A stretch of DNA of 64,000 bases from Amphiscolops sp. MND2022 (lineage: Eukaryota), in assembly GCA_964187785.1 (NCBI GenBank), contig OZ076409.1, forward strand, positions 58,592,001-58,656,000, given 5' to 3'. A program made the position numbers and the translations under genes. The notes under the pieces are model-generated. The model did no database searches. It worked only from the letters and a program-made list of their open reading frames with translations, and was not told the origin of the DNA. This document shows, one piece after another, positions 61,204 through 64,000 of the stretch (positions within the stretch are counted from its first letter, which is position 1; every line of letters starts with the position of its first letter).

Positions 61204-61468
61204 CTGCAACCACTTAGTGACGTCAAAAAAACCGCTCGGTTCCCCCTATTGGCAACAAGTCCTTTTTCAATCATCCGAAACGAGCATTCGTATAATGAGT
61301 GATTGAGTTCTTTTTGGCCACAAGTATTTTTCTTTTAGATTTTCATCTTTTCAAGAGCTATAACAAGCAGAAAATGTTTCGGCAAGAACGCACATGTGCG
61401 TCGGCCCACATAGATTTGAGAAAAGAAGAAACGTCTTCTCTTTAGCAAACAGAGTTTTTGTGACGTCC

Positions 61469-61740
61469 CTAAGCATATCTGTTTATCATTCTTCAGCCCA
61501 TTTCGCGCTTTTGCCTTCAATGTGGAAACATAAAGGTCAGGAATGACATTTTGTAAATACCACTTGAACGATTGACATTGCAGACGTTTGCGCAAGGAAA
61601 TCACCTCCGAAAGGTCACCTTCATTACTTCTCTCAACGTCAGGGTATTTTTGGTATACAATGTTTCTGTATTCGTCCAACCAAACTTCGGCCAACCTGTT
61701 TCGGAGCCAGTTTCTTTCGCTGTTACCTTTCGAAAACTTT
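61469..61740 (-). CDS. Polypeptide N-acetylgalactosaminyltransferase exon (catalytic C-terminus and linker)
   Basis: RLAEVWLDEY...GDLSEVISLRKRLQCQSFKWYLQNVIPDL is the GALNT family signature. The paralogue cannot be assigned and it may be a pseudogene. Confidence 0.85.
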
Positions 61741-64000
61741 TTTGGTTGATTTTCAAAGCTCATAATTGTGTTGAAGTGGTTTATACGGGTCTCAAGAAAA
61801 CTTTCCCACGGAAAATTATGCATCGAACATAAAAGGGAAGGTTGATAGTTTAAGAGAAACAGTTTTTTGAACTTAAAGTTCTCTTCGTTTTCGAACTGTA
61901 TGTTTTAGAGGTTGTCAATGAGGTTTCCCAAATTCTGAGACACGATTCCCCGCTTGATCTACTTTCAAAAATTGGTTAACCTATGCAAATATTAGAAACG
62001 TAGATCAGAAATAAGACTGCTGCTCTTCGAGTTTAACAGAACTAAAACAAAGACATTATCTGCTAAAAATATCGCCACAAAATGCTCTAATTCGGTAAAT
62101 TACCCAAAAAGTTGAGTGTTTTATCAAAACAACGAGGTAAATTATGGTTCAAAAGATACCCATGTTGAACACTCCCTGCGAATCTGTACAGATCTGAACA
62201 GATCCTGACAGGTATTCCAGGATTGGTCGAAAATCGACTATTAATGATTACAGTTTTGAAATTGAAATTAGTTGATTAAAAAGTGCTCTACGAGATAAAC
62301 ACGCCTCCTGATTGAAGTTTTTAAAAAGTGTCTGTGCGAATTGGTACCGATATGTACAAATCCTGGCATCTATTCTAGGATTGTCAAAAATAACCCATAG
62401 GAAAATGATCAATAAATCACTATAAACGTATTCCAACTTTCCATCAATTTCTAAAACTACTCCATCAAACCATGTTCCCTAAATATTACAACCACAGCAC
62501 TTTATCACCACATCTACCCACCAAGACGGTGGCCTCTGTTCTAATTACACCCGCCAAAACGAAATCAATGTGGCAAACGAGCCTCTCAAAGTTGAAAAAC
62601 CATTTCTGGAAAGTTCAAGTGAAATGGATAAATATACCGTGTGTTACCAATACCGAACATCCCCAGACACCACAACTACCAAGATGGGGACAAGCTTTCC
62701 TGCTTGCTAGAGAATTTTGAGTGATGGAGAGTTTCAACTGATTGAGTTTTGATCAGCCAAAATACTTGTTGAAGAAGCCCAAAATTGATATACATAGTTT
62801 CACTGGAAGGTCCGGAAAAAGTCCTGAAATATTTGTACAGGAAATCTTTGATTATTTGTAAACATCCTTACAGATCTGCAGTTGTCCTTACGTAGCAGTG
62901 GCACGATCTTTTGAAATACTCAAGAAAAATTGGCTCAGAGATCTGTAAAGATTCTCAAGGAAAACTCATCATGGGTATGATATACGACACCTGATTAGTT
63001 GGTGGAACGACACTAAGTAGGTTTTTTGATAGTTTTGTTAGTTTGATAGTTTTGCCAAATATTTCTTTGGTACCAATGCGTCGCCATCCCTTTTCTGCTT
63101 CGAAATCATGAGATACATTTTAGTTATACTTTTGGCTTCAACAAAAATTGTCCGAATGCCCATCTTCAGTTCTTGGACTATCCTGGGTTTTTGTTCATTT
63201 ATCAGCTTAGGTTACTTAATTGACGCACCAGGGCATAGGCTCGAAGTGGTGCAAAACCTCATTCTCTGTCCTTTTTGAATACATCTAGCCTGAATATTTT
63301 AGGCTAACTATCATTGTAATAATCTGTATTCAATCAAATGAACATTCCTCTCCTTTCATGGAGCTAGTTAATTTTTTATGGGTCAACGAAGACATTTCAA
63401 AGTTGTTACATGAGGCTTTTTATCAGTTTTTGAACCTACTAGAGCTCAGTCAGTTCCCGAATAATGTTGTGGAAATAATGAAACATTTCATGTTGTGGTG
63501 GGGAAAGAAACTGCTTCCTTTTTCTATTCACCTGGTAGTAGTCAGGATTTGCTGACCCTCGACCGACCCAATATTTGTAAAGATGTGCCTGAAATGATGT
63601 ATAATGAAATATATAATTTTTGGAATACTATTTTGATGCATGATGTTGTTTTGTAGGTTTTTATGGAAACAGCCATAATGATCTATATTTCGGAACAATT
63701 TCAGGTTATGCTTTGTATAGTGTTATGAATGGATTTGGGCTGAGATTCAGCATTATCATTTTGAAGTTTATGTTACTGAGGTAGCATGTTCAATAAATGC
63801 ATAAGTATGTATATCCTACACTTTGTACAAGACTGCTGCAAAATACTTTAATAAAATAGGACAATTTCAACGTTTGAGAAAGGGTACTATGTTTTGAGAA
63901 ATATTTCAGGTATAAGAGAAAAACTTGAAAAAGTCAACTTCAAAAGTTGTCTCTAAAAATTGAAGCGAATCAGCTTGACAAAATACAATTGGTTGAAAGG

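Overview
Eukaryotic (animal), AT-rich, repeat-dense genomic DNA. An acoel-like invertebrate is my impression from the retroelement style and is not established. Host genes: a tightly packed same-strand cluster of intronless TIMM44 and MRPL28 plus a third, apparently disrupted ORF (32.5-36.2 kb), a SPATA5/AFG2A AAA+ ATPase (40.6-45.5 kb) and GALNT exons (61.0-61.7 kb, minus). Most of the rest is mobile DNA. A decayed CR1/L2-type LINE carries an SGNH-esterase ORF1 and a 2A-like StopGo motif. A long decayed Ty3/Gypsy element on the minus strand contains a piggyBac-type MITE and an antisense, intron-containing hAT-transposase-like gene. There are further Gypsy fragments, a tRNA-derived SINE, a TIR MITE, many Helentron/DINE-1-like non-autonomous elements and two adjacent tandem duplications (1759 bp and 2784 bp). 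Most interesting: (1) the operon-like TIMM44-MRPL28-orf cluster with a TTTCAG acceptor in front of each cistron; (2) the antisense spliced hAT-like gene in the Gypsy 3' region; (3) a leader motif set shared by three Gypsy families that recalls dicistrovirus IGR IRES motifs; (4) two tandem duplications whose breakpoints both fall near the termini of one Helentron-like element. All calls are by eye, and no searches were run.
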